Positions 24,812-32,000 of a stretch of 32,000 bases of DNA are shown here, in pieces. Source of the DNA: Candidatus Heimdallarchaeota archaeon (GTDB lineage Archaea > Asgardarchaeota > Heimdallarchaeia > JABLTI01); contig JAUWKS010000014.1 of NCBI GenBank assembly GCA_030614005.1, positions 1 to 32,000 on the forward strand, written 5' to 3'. The translations under genes and the position numbers were made by a program. How positions within the stretch are numbered: position 1 is the first letter of the stretch; every line of letters starts with the position of its first letter. The notes under the pieces are model-generated. The model did no database searches and was not told the DNA's origin. It saw only the letters and a list, made by a program, of their open reading frames with translations.

Positions 24812-25564
24812 TTATGATTGCTCCAATTTTTTGCTAGTTATATACATCTCTTTTGTATACCTTCTATAGAGTTTAGAGAAATCTACTGGACTTATTTCTC
24901 CATCTTTAAATTTCTCATCAAGTGTTGATAATAAGTCAGCCAGAGCTACACTTTGTGCTTGTAGCAATATCTTCTCACTCTGTCTACTATCTGAAGGCAA
25001 CAATACATCGAGATTTTCAATTTTGGAAATCTTTTCATCTGAACCTTTTACTACTTCTGCACGAAGTTTTCGTATTTCATCATCTTTCTTACGAATCTTT
25101 TTCTGAAGTTCAGATATTGTTTCATTGATATCCTCGACTTTTCTCCGGGTTGGTGTAGCTACCGTTTCCCGAGTTTGTACCGATGCTTTTTGCCTGGTAA
25201 CTTTACCAGAAGTGATTTTTGGTGGTACTTTCTCGAATAACACCTCTAATGCTTTTATTACCTGGTACACATGCTTATCAGGTTTCCAGTCATGAGTTAT
25301 TTGTAATAATACATTTCCATCTTTTTCGACATTTGGATGAACGATGCTCTTATTTTTAATAATCACGCGTGGTGGGTATATTGGGAATTTTAAGGGAACT
25401 AATACTTCAACAGGAATTTTGGTTTTTCCTTCCGGAGTATTTATTTCAATAGCCCCTTGCCATTTATTCAACCCATCCCCGACTGGGGCAAAACCTTTAG
25501 CATAATTAAACATGAGCTGCATTTCTCGGGCCAATGCTAATTCATTAACTTGATTTTTCGACAA
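24812..25564 (-). CDS. vps23: ESCRT-I subunit Vps23/TSG101-Vps37-like: UEV domain, coiled coil and steadiness box
   Basis: IPVEVLVPLKFPIYPPRV ... HPNVEKDGNVLLQITHDW (E2 fold, Leu at the catalytic Cys position), heptad stretch INETISELQKKIRKKDDEIRKLRAE, C-terminal LADLLSTLDEKFKDGEISPVDF; TTG start with GGAG upstream. Confidence 0.88.
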   Translation of the reverse strand: MSKNQVNELALAREMQLMFNYAKGFAPVGDGLNKWQGAIEINTPEGKTKIPVEVLVPLKFPIYPPRVIIKNKSIVHPNVEKDGNVLLQITHDWKPDKHVYQVIKALEVLFEKVPPKITSGKVTRQKASVQTRETVATPTRRKVEDINETISELQKKIRKKDDEIRKLRAEVVKGSDEKISKIENLDVLLPSDSRQSEKILLQAQSVALADLLSTLDEKFKDGEISPVDFSKLYRRYTKEMYITSKKLEQS

Positions 25565-25743
25565 GGTATTCGATTTCTCCTACAGTTATCTTAGACAATC
25601 TACCATTTAAACATTAACGAATAACATATTAATTAATCTAAAGTCTCTGATAGAGTTTTTTTTAATATCTTTGGAGATTAAAATCCTTTTTAAACTATAT
25701 AAAAGGGTAAAAATCGCTTTTCCGAAATTTGCACAATTATTAT

Positions 25744-25771
25744 AAACAATTCTTGGCAAATGGAATTGTTT
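25744..25771. promoter_or_regulatory. 9-bp inverted repeat in the divergent vps23/oppF intergenic region
   Basis: AAACAATTC-N10-GAATTGTTT, overlapping a TTATAA TATA-like element. Confidence 0.35.
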
Positions 25772-25861
25772 AACAACATTTGTACGATAAATACGTAGTA
25801 AATTACCGATAATGTTAAACCTATCCGAAAAGCAATAAAATTTAGTATCGTAAAAACGAAA

Positions 25862-26962
25862 GTGATCAATATGAGTGAATTTTCATTCGGAGACCGCTTA
25901 AAACAGAAACTCGGTCTTTACAAACCCCCAACAGAGGAAATAGTAGAAGCGGTTGACATTCCTACCGATCCAGAAGTATTAGTTGCTATTAGAAATTTGA
26001 AGAAACACTTCTTGGTAGCCGGTGGAGGATTAATTTTTAACAGGGCTCCTATTTTCCTAAAGGCAGTAGATGGTATTTCTTTTGATGTTAAAAAAGGAGA
26101 AACCGTTGGTGTTGTAGGCGAATCCGGTTGCGGCAAATCAACTGCTGCTAGAGCAATTTTACAATTATTAGAACCAACTTCAGGTCATGTTTTCTTTAGA
26201 ACTGCGGAAGGTGAAATGGTTGATTTAGTTGGACTTGATAAAAGGGAACTTAGAGAAATGAGAAGACAAATGCAAATTGTGTTCCAGGATCCCTCTGCTT
26301 CTCTCAATCCAAGAATGACCGCATTCGATATTATTGCTGAACCTTTAATTATTCACAAAGTAGCTGACGGTGATGAGTTAAAGATTCGAACAATTGAACT
26401 GATGGAAAAAGTAGGTTTAATGATTCACCATGCATTTAGGTTCCCTCACGAATTTTCTGGAGGACAAAAACAACGTGTTGGTATTGCACGTGCTTTAGCA
26501 TTAAATCCAAGCTTTGTTATTCTTGATGAACCTGTATCTGCTCTAGACGTATCAGTAAGAGCTGCAGTGCTTATGTTGTTAAGAAACTTGCAGCGAGAAT
26601 TTAATTTAGCTTACGTTTTCATTGCACATGATTTGTCAGTAATTAGAATGATTTCTGATTACGTATGTGTAATGTATCTCGGCAGATTAGTCGAAATTGG
26701 CTCTGTTACAGATGTTTTTGAAGATATGAGACACCCATATACTCGTGCTCTTATTTCTGCAATTCCAATCCCTGATCCAACAGTTAAACCTGAAAGAATT
26801 TTCCTTGAAGGTGATCCTCCCTCTCCCGTTGCTCCACCCCCCGGATGTAACTTCCATCCACGGTGTCCAATTGCAACCTCTATTTGTACACAAGAGGAAC
26901 CACCAAGAATACAAATTTCAAAAACACACTTTGTTGAGTGTCATCACGTAACTACTAAGTAA
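25862..26962 (+). CDS. oppF: Oligopeptide/dipeptide ABC transporter ATP-binding subunit (OppF/DppF type)
   Basis: Walker A GESGCGKST, QIVFQDP, FPHEFSGGQKQR, Walker B ILDEP, HDL, VMYLG, HPYT and Cys-rich GCNFHPRC ... VECH tail. Confidence 0.93.
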   Translation: MINMSEFSFGDRLKQKLGLYKPPTEEIVEAVDIPTDPEVLVAIRNLKKHFLVAGGGLIFNRAPIFLKAVDGISFDVKKGETVGVVGESGCGKSTAARAILQLLEPTSGHVFFRTAEGEMVDLVGLDKRELREMRRQMQIVFQDPSASLNPRMTAFDIIAEPLIIHKVADGDELKIRTIELMEKVGLMIHHAFRFPHEFSGGQKQRVGIARALALNPSFVILDEPVSALDVSVRAAVLMLLRNLQREFNLAYVFIAHDLSVIRMISDYVCVMYLGRLVEIGSVTDVFEDMRHPYTRALISAIPIPDPTVKPERIFLEGDPPSPVAPPPGCNFHPRCPIATSICTQEEPPRIQISKTHFVECHHVTTK

Positions 26963-26977
26963 ATAAACAATGAAAAT

Positions 26978-26996
26978 AGAGATGTTTTGCATCTCT
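26978..26996 (+). terminator. Hairpin plus T-tract after oppF (convergent gap)
   Basis: AGAGATG-TTTTG-CATCTCT followed directly by TTTT. Confidence 0.55.
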
Positions 26997-27032
26997 TTTT
27001 AGTTTCTTTTTATTTCATCTTTATAACAAATA

Positions 27033-28412
27033 TCAGCTCGGGCTTTTTTGTATTATAGTCATTATTTTCTTTTTCTGCTTCATACCATAAATAGCAAACA
27101 GAATAATCAATGCGATTACAAATGCTATACTAGCGAATACGAAAGACCAAGGATATCCGCCAAAAATTTCTAATGAACTCACAGTTTCTTTGCCTTCTAG
27201 TAAAATACCTTGAACTAATGTTGCTATTGGTTTTATTGCCGTACTAAAAACAAAGAATATTCCCATGAAACTTGCTTCTCGCCCTTTTGGAACAATATCT
27301 GCAGGTAAAGCAATTTGGAGTGTACTAATTAATATGTTACTTACTCCACCGATTATTATTATATAATAAATCGCATTGAAGTCCTTCATCAATGACAATA
27401 ACAAACAGAAAATAGCATAGCTTAAACTTGCAATGATGCTGGCTTTAATTTTCCCTATTCTATTAACAAACCAGATAACTGGTAGAAGAAATATTGCTAT
27501 ATAACCACCCATTAGAATATTGCTTGCTAAGGAGGCTGTTGTTCCCTGAGCAGCGAAACGATTTACTAATGAATCTACAAGTCCTGTTTCAACTAAATGT
27601 GATCCAAACCCCCAAAAGGTATTTACTACTAATAATAAAACCCAAGGCAGCCCTCCATATTTCCAGATAAGTTTTGGAATTTTAGTAACATCACTTAGTT
27701 TAGCATCACTTGGTTCTTTTGGGTTCTCTCGAGGTATTAGAATACATGTTAATACACCTCCAACCGCTAGAGCAAAACCAGTAATTATCCAAATGATCCA
27801 TGAAAAACCACTATCTACTAGCATTGAGAAAACAATTACCGCAATTGCTGCTCCAGCTGCACTAAATATTGTTATTACTACACTCGCAAGAGTTCTTTCT
27901 TTCTTTTTAAAAAGATCGGAGAGAAGCGAAAACCAAGCAGGATAAGCTCCACCTAATAGCAAGTGAGCTATAGTAAAGATGATTGCCAGTAAAACAAAAA
28001 TCGTTATTTTATTATTTACAATCTGGGTTATTAGTGGAATTATTATGAAAAGCACTGCTGCTCCCACACTTCCAAGAAAAATTGATGGTATTCTCTGACC
28101 AAACTTTGAGCGAATTTTATCGTTGATAATTCCACCGAAAATTGCTCCAATACATAGTGCAATAAGTGCAATCGAAAAAAGCACTGAAATTACAATTGAA
28201 CTTTCAAATCCAACATCTTTTAGGATTATTTTAAAATGAACATATTCTGCTGTTGTTACGAAATTATATCCAAAGCTGAATGCTCCAACTGCAAAGAAAT
28301 ATTTGAGTAGTTTTTTTGTTACTGTTATTCTCTCAAATTTCTCTATATTCTCCTCTTGTATCTGATAATTTTCTTGTGCTTCAGCTTTTCTTTCATTCAT
28401 TGAAATGTTCAA
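27033..28412 (-). CDS. MFS transporter (12-TM)
   Basis: About 12 hydrophobic segments; GIINDKIRSKFGQRIP motif A, LLSDLF, VNRIGKIKA repeat motif, LPADIVP. Confidence 0.85.
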   Translation of the reverse strand: MNISMNERKAEAQENYQIQEENIEKFERITVTKKLLKYFFAVGAFSFGYNFVTTAEYVHFKIILKDVGFESSIVISVLFSIALIALCIGAIFGGIINDKIRSKFGQRIPSIFLGSVGAAVLFIIIPLITQIVNNKITIFVLLAIIFTIAHLLLGGAYPAWFSLLSDLFKKKERTLASVVITIFSAAGAAIAVIVFSMLVDSGFSWIIWIITGFALAVGGVLTCILIPRENPKEPSDAKLSDVTKIPKLIWKYGGLPWVLLLVVNTFWGFGSHLVETGLVDSLVNRFAAQGTTASLASNILMGGYIAIFLLPVIWFVNRIGKIKASIIASLSYAIFCLLLSLMKDFNAIYYIIIIGGVSNILISTLQIALPADIVPKGREASFMGIFFVFSTAIKPIATLVQGILLEGKETVSSLEIFGGYPWSFVFASIAFVIALIILFAIYGMKQKKKIMTIIQKSPS

Positions 28413-28582
28413 ACCTTTTCCATTATCCGCTAGTTCTCTGGAAAATTTTTCTTATAAACATAACATTTTTGTCTAGAACTGACTGAATAAATCAAAGAAA
28501 CATACTACAACAAAAAGATAATTAAAGGTTAATTTTCTTAAAGATAAAAAGTAAAAAAACTTCCAATTTTGTTGAGTTAATC

Positions 28583-29038
28583 ATGGCACCTATATCTATA
28601 AATTTCGATTCCTGGGAATGGTGGCTTATAATCGTCATATCAGTCTTGCTTTTAACATTGACGCTATATCTTAGTATGAGGTTTGTCACCGGTCGTAAGA
28701 AATTAACAATTGGTTATTTCTTTAGAATACTTCTTATTTCAATAGTTTTGCTAATTGGTCTTGTTGCTGTTGCGGAAGCTATCGCTCAAGTACTAACTTT
28801 AGGATACCAATTTGCTCCGATGTTTTACATTTTGATGACTATGGGTTTCATTCTAATAATAAGATACTTCCTAACAAACTCTACTGTTATTCCATATCAT
28901 GATGGGTCATCAGATAAATATTGGCAATGGTCAATGTGGGTAACTCTAATATCCATTTTATTATTATTCCTTATAGTTTTCCTTGTTGAACTTATATCTG
29001 GATTAATTGGCGAACCATTGACACTAATAACATTCTAA
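28583..29038 (+). CDS. Small membrane protein of unknown function (about 4 TM)
   Basis: Four hydrophobic segments over 151 aa; own intergenic spacer and downstream hairpin. Confidence 0.7.
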   Translation: MAPISINFDSWEWWLIIVISVLLLTLTLYLSMRFVTGRKKLTIGYFFRILLISIVLLIGLVAVAEAIAQVLTLGYQFAPMFYILMTMGFILIIRYFLTNSTVIPYHDGSSDKYWQWSMWVTLISILLLFLIVFLVELISGLIGEPLTLITF

Positions 29039-29051
29039 GAAACTAACATAG

Positions 29052-29066
29052 AAGGGATTTTCCCTT
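29052..29066 (+). terminator. Hairpin plus T-tract after the small membrane protein gene
   Basis: AAGGGA-TTT-TCCCTT running into a T run. Confidence 0.5.
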
Positions 29067-29182
29067 TTTTCTTTTCTTTCTCTTCAAACAATTTTTTATA
29101 TCCAATTGAGAAATTACTTTTAGAGCTATACAAAACGATTAAAAGTCTCGAAAATGCTATGAAAATTGGAAGGTAATTAAAT

Positions 29183-29602
29183 TTGAGTGACGCAGAAAAC
29201 AATCCAAATACTATTTTGGATGCTACATTACTTGTTTTGGATTCCGGTGAATTACTTTGGTCCCCGAATCGTGGCCATCAAGAAAAATGGGAAAACGATG
29301 TTCTATTCTCAGGGTTAATGGTTGCACTAAATCAAATGTTCTCATCAATATACGGTGACAATATATTTACCATCCAAAGTAAAAATCAAATGTCTATTAT
29401 TGTTATGTATTCCAATCCTGATAATAATTGGCATCTCGTTGCTCGAAGCAGTTATACAGAAAAAACAGCTATTTATGATTTGGTTGAAGAACTAGGTGAA
29501 ACTCTTTCAATAGGTTTGGGTGATACCCTTGCTCAAGATTCAGCAAATCTAGATATGATTGATTATGTTATTGATAATGTTATTAGTTCCTTTTCTGGAT
29601 GA
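29183..29602 (+). CDS. Probable stand-alone longin-like domain protein
   Basis: TLLVLDSGELLW (beta hairpin ending SG), DVLFSGLMVALNQM (helix), IFTIQS ... IIVMY ... WHLVARS (strands), then two helices: the beta-beta-alpha-beta-beta-beta-alpha-alpha longin order. Confidence 0.6.
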   Translation: MSDAENNPNTILDATLLVLDSGELLWSPNRGHQEKWENDVLFSGLMVALNQMFSSIYGDNIFTIQSKNQMSIIVMYSNPDNNWHLVARSSYTEKTAIYDLVEELGETLSIGLGDTLAQDSANLDMIDYVIDNVISSFSG

Positions 29603-29768
29603 AGGGAACTAAATTTCTATTCAATGGGGTCTTTCCCGAAATCATTTTTCTACTTTGGTTCAGTCATAGCTAACAATCCTATAACCAAATAATTTTAAAC
29701 TCAATTCAAATATTAATACTAGAACACGGTGAAATTCTCAATTGTAGCGATTTTATTATAGCAATTGA

Positions 29769-30389
29769 ATGTTAAACTGGAGATCAATGAAAATGTCAGA
29801 AGATCAACCACCAAAAACCCCAGAAGTAGAAATGGAAGAACCAGTAAAAGAAGAAGACACTGCAGAACTTAAGCAAAAGATTTCAGAACTTGAAAAAAAC
29901 TTAGCTGAAATTACTCCCCTAGCAGAAAAAGTAAAACAATTTAAAAATGAAGCTGTCAGTAAGGACGAGAGCATTTCCAAACTAAATGATGAACTCAAAG
30001 AACTCAAATCTACTGATGCAGAAAATAAAGAAAAAGTCAAAGATTTAGAACATCGTCTATCTCAAAAAGAGCTTGAAATTACTCGGTTAGAGGGTTCTGT
30101 TGAAGATTTGAGTATTGCAAAGAAGAAAATTGAAGATCTTCAAAAAGAATATAAAAAACTAGAAGAGGAAATGAGATCATTTAACAAACTCTCTGAAAAT
30201 GAACCTCGATTTATAATTCTAAAGGATCTTGATGAATTTGGCGAAATGCGAATGAATCAAGTTGCTATGAAAGCAGGTGTTGCTCCAGCACAAGCGAAAA
30301 AATGGCTTGAAGAACTTGAGCGTGCAGGTTTAGTTGAAATTCATGGCGAAGGTCGAGACAGCAATCCTCTCGTATCTAAAAAGAAATAA
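29769..30389 (+). CDS. Coiled-coil protein with C-terminal winged-helix domain
   Basis: Long Glu/Lys heptad region (about residues 30-140), then FIILKDLDEFGEMRMNQVAMKAGVAPAQAKKWLEELERAGLVEI; start may be ATG at 29787 or 29793. Confidence 0.7.
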   Translation: MLNWRSMKMSEDQPPKTPEVEMEEPVKEEDTAELKQKISELEKNLAEITPLAEKVKQFKNEAVSKDESISKLNDELKELKSTDAENKEKVKDLEHRLSQKELEITRLEGSVEDLSIAKKKIEDLQKEYKKLEEEMRSFNKLSENEPRFIILKDLDEFGEMRMNQVAMKAGVAPAQAKKWLEELERAGLVEIHGEGRDSNPLVSKKK

Positions 30390-30398
30390 TCTAATCTA

Positions 30399-30420
30399 AA
30401 CTAGAATCTTATTTCTAGTT
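30399..30420 (+). terminator. Hairpin after the coiled-coil/wHTH gene
   Basis: AACTAGAA-TCTTAT-TTCTAGTT 8-bp stem 9 nt after the stop, followed by T-rich sequence. Confidence 0.5.
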
Positions 30421-30601
30421 AATTTCCTTCTTTTTTCTATTTTTAACTTGAAAATAGCTTTTTCTTAAGTTATTCAATTTTTTTTGAACGTTAAATAATC
30501 AGATAAAAGCAATTATTAAGTAGTAATCTTATAATAATCTGTTACTATAATTTAACAAATAGAATTTGAAAGAACCAAATTTGGAGGCAATTCTTTCTTA
30601 G

Positions 30602-32000
30602 ATGAACCCCTTACTTATTTCAAGGAAAAAAGTGATTACTATCACTTCAATTATTATTATATTTCTTACTGGACAAGTTGTCGGAGCCTCCGTTAATCAA
30701 AGTAATGCCTTAAACTATAATGATTATAATTTCTCAGATGAGGATTTAATCAAGCAAATTAAAATAGCAACTACATCACTTACTTCACTTTATAATAAAA
30801 AGGAAGGACTTTTTGTTTGGAATGTGCAGGATCCATATAATCTTTCTAGATTTGGCGATTTAAGTGATTTAACTAATGGTCAGGAATGCTTTGAAGTTTT
30901 AGATGGTCAATTATGGCTTGATGGTTTAGCACAAGATGTATCATTACAATATCTTTTATTGAAGAATTATGTTTCGACCTCTTTGCAATTTGTTGGTTCA
31001 ATGGATGAACATAGGCAATTCAATCGCGAATGGGTTTTCATGACATATGAAATTATTCATTCTCTGTATACTAATGTGGCCAATAGTGATTTCTTATTAA
31101 GCGTTTTAAATGCTCTATCTTCCAATAATGATACATTCGGAGAATTTTGGAATGTATTAATTCGTCCAAAATACAATTCTTTTATTCAAGAAGAAATTTC
31201 TCTATTATGTGATACACTTGTTTTAGGCTCAAAGATTCTTCGAGCAGCTGAATTTATGCCTTACTTTAATTTTTATGAAAAATCTATTCTACTTATATTA
31301 TCTGATCAGATAAGTGATTGGTGGCAAGCTATCAATAAATATGCTCTATATGATCCCGATTTTGCTATTGCAGGTATAGGTTCATCAAAAATTCATAACG
31401 ATTATCGTGGATGGATTGATTGGCGGATATTCAAACAATTAGCTAATAATGGTACTTTTACAACAACAGCTGTTTTTACTCCTGAACATGCAAGCTTACA
31501 GACACTTATTTTTACTTCTCCTCAAATCGCTAATTTATACCTCGAACAAATTGAGAAAGCAAATGCAAAGTATTCCTATGGTTGGAATGCAGAACACCAT
31601 TATTATGATGAAATATCTGATCCCTTAGCTAATGAAATCTATAATGAAATAATAAACTCCTATAATGAACATATTTTCTATGTACGCAATCATGTAATCT
31701 ATGTCTTTAATCCTCAATATAGTGTTAGTTGGTCTCCGTTACCTGAAAGGTTTCAAGGATATTCATATTATTGGGATGATTATTTTGTTGACTCTCAAGG
31801 TTCAGAAAATGACCTGTACGCATATCGTATCGATAACTCTCCTCTAAAAATTACTGGTACACGAACCTATCAAGGTGCAGGCGATATTAGAGGTTTAATG
31901 GATGTTTATAACGTAATTTCCCATTCATTTACTGATGATGATTTTTTGCAAGGTTTTGAAAAAGAAGCTTTCAGAATTTTGGAACAAATATTAAAAGCTC
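30602..32000 (+). CDS. Partial secreted protein of unknown function (runs off the window; not in the supplied ORF track)
   Basis: My manual translation of frame +2 from the ATG at 30602 (MNPLLISRKKVITITSIIIIFLTGQVVGASVNQS...) found no stop up to 32000; signal-peptide-like N-terminus, GGAGG upstream. Confidence 0.8.
   Translation, partial: MNPLLISRKKVITITSIIIIFLTGQVVGASVNQSNALNYNDYNFSDEDLIKQIKIATTSLTSLYNKKEGLFVWNVQDPYNLSRFGDLSDLTNGQECFEVLDGQLWLDGLAQDVSLQYLLLKNYVSTSLQFVGSMDEHRQFNREWVFMTYEIIHSLYTNVANSDFLLSVLNALSSNNDTFGEFWNVLIRPKYNSFIQEEISLLCDTLVLGSKILRAAEFMPYFNFYEKSILLILSDQISDWWQAINKYALYDPDFAIAGIGSSKIHNDYRGWIDWRIFKQLANNGTFTTTAVFTPEHASLQTLIFTSPQIANLYLEQIEKANAKYSYGWNAEHHYYDEISDPLANEIYNEIINSYNEHIFYVRNHVIYVFNPQYSVSWSPLPERFQGYSYYWDDYFVDSQGSENDLYAYRIDNSPLKITGTRTYQGAGDIRGLMDVYNVISHSFTDDDFLQGFEKEAFRILEQILKA

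Noticed and set aside
24812-25564. Annotation as an active ubiquitin-conjugating enzyme E2
   Set aside because: Catalytic Cys position is Leu, and the coiled coil plus SB next to vps28 indicate ESCRT-I.
703-29000. Many short (60-130 aa) ORFs in the track lying antisense to or out of frame within long genes (e.g. 703-915, 7648-8031, 15243-15545, 23758-24090)
   Set aside because: Shadow ORFs overlapping well-supported genes, with no motifs or ribosome-binding sites.
1-32000. CRISPR array, rRNA, IS elements
   Set aside because: No regularly spaced repeats, no long GC-rich non-coding stretch (largest intergenic gap about 300 nt), no transposase motifs.

Overview
AT-rich, gene-dense archaeal chromosomal window, almost certainly from an Asgard archaeon. 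It has an archaeal information-processing block (pheT/pheS, cmk, rpl14e, cbf5, an RsmC-like methyltransferase and an intron-containing tRNA-Ser(GGA)) alongside eukaryotic-signature proteins: an ESCRT-I pair (UEV-coiled coil-steadiness box Vps23/37-like protein plus Vps28), an ESCRT-II Vps22/EAP30 protein and a probable longin-domain protein. The ESCRT genes form a partial, interrupted cluster. Vps23/37, Vps28 and an unknown 100-aa ORF are separated from Vps22 by an oppositely oriented RsmB/NOL1 m5C methyltransferase, and no Vps25, ESCRT-III, Vps4 or ubiquitin genes are in the window. Immediately downstream of Vps22 is a three-gene anaerobic radical operon: a non-PFL glycyl radical enzyme with an unusual Cys-rich active-site loop, a ferredoxin-insert activase and a tandem FMN split-barrel protein. 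The rest is transporters, orphan ABC components, a membrane-anchored glycoside-hydrolase-like protein apparently lacking its nucleophile, and hypotheticals. A secreted-protein ORF absent from the ORF track runs off the right edge. I found no CRISPR array, rRNA or mobile element. All family calls rest on motif recognition by eye; no database searches were run.
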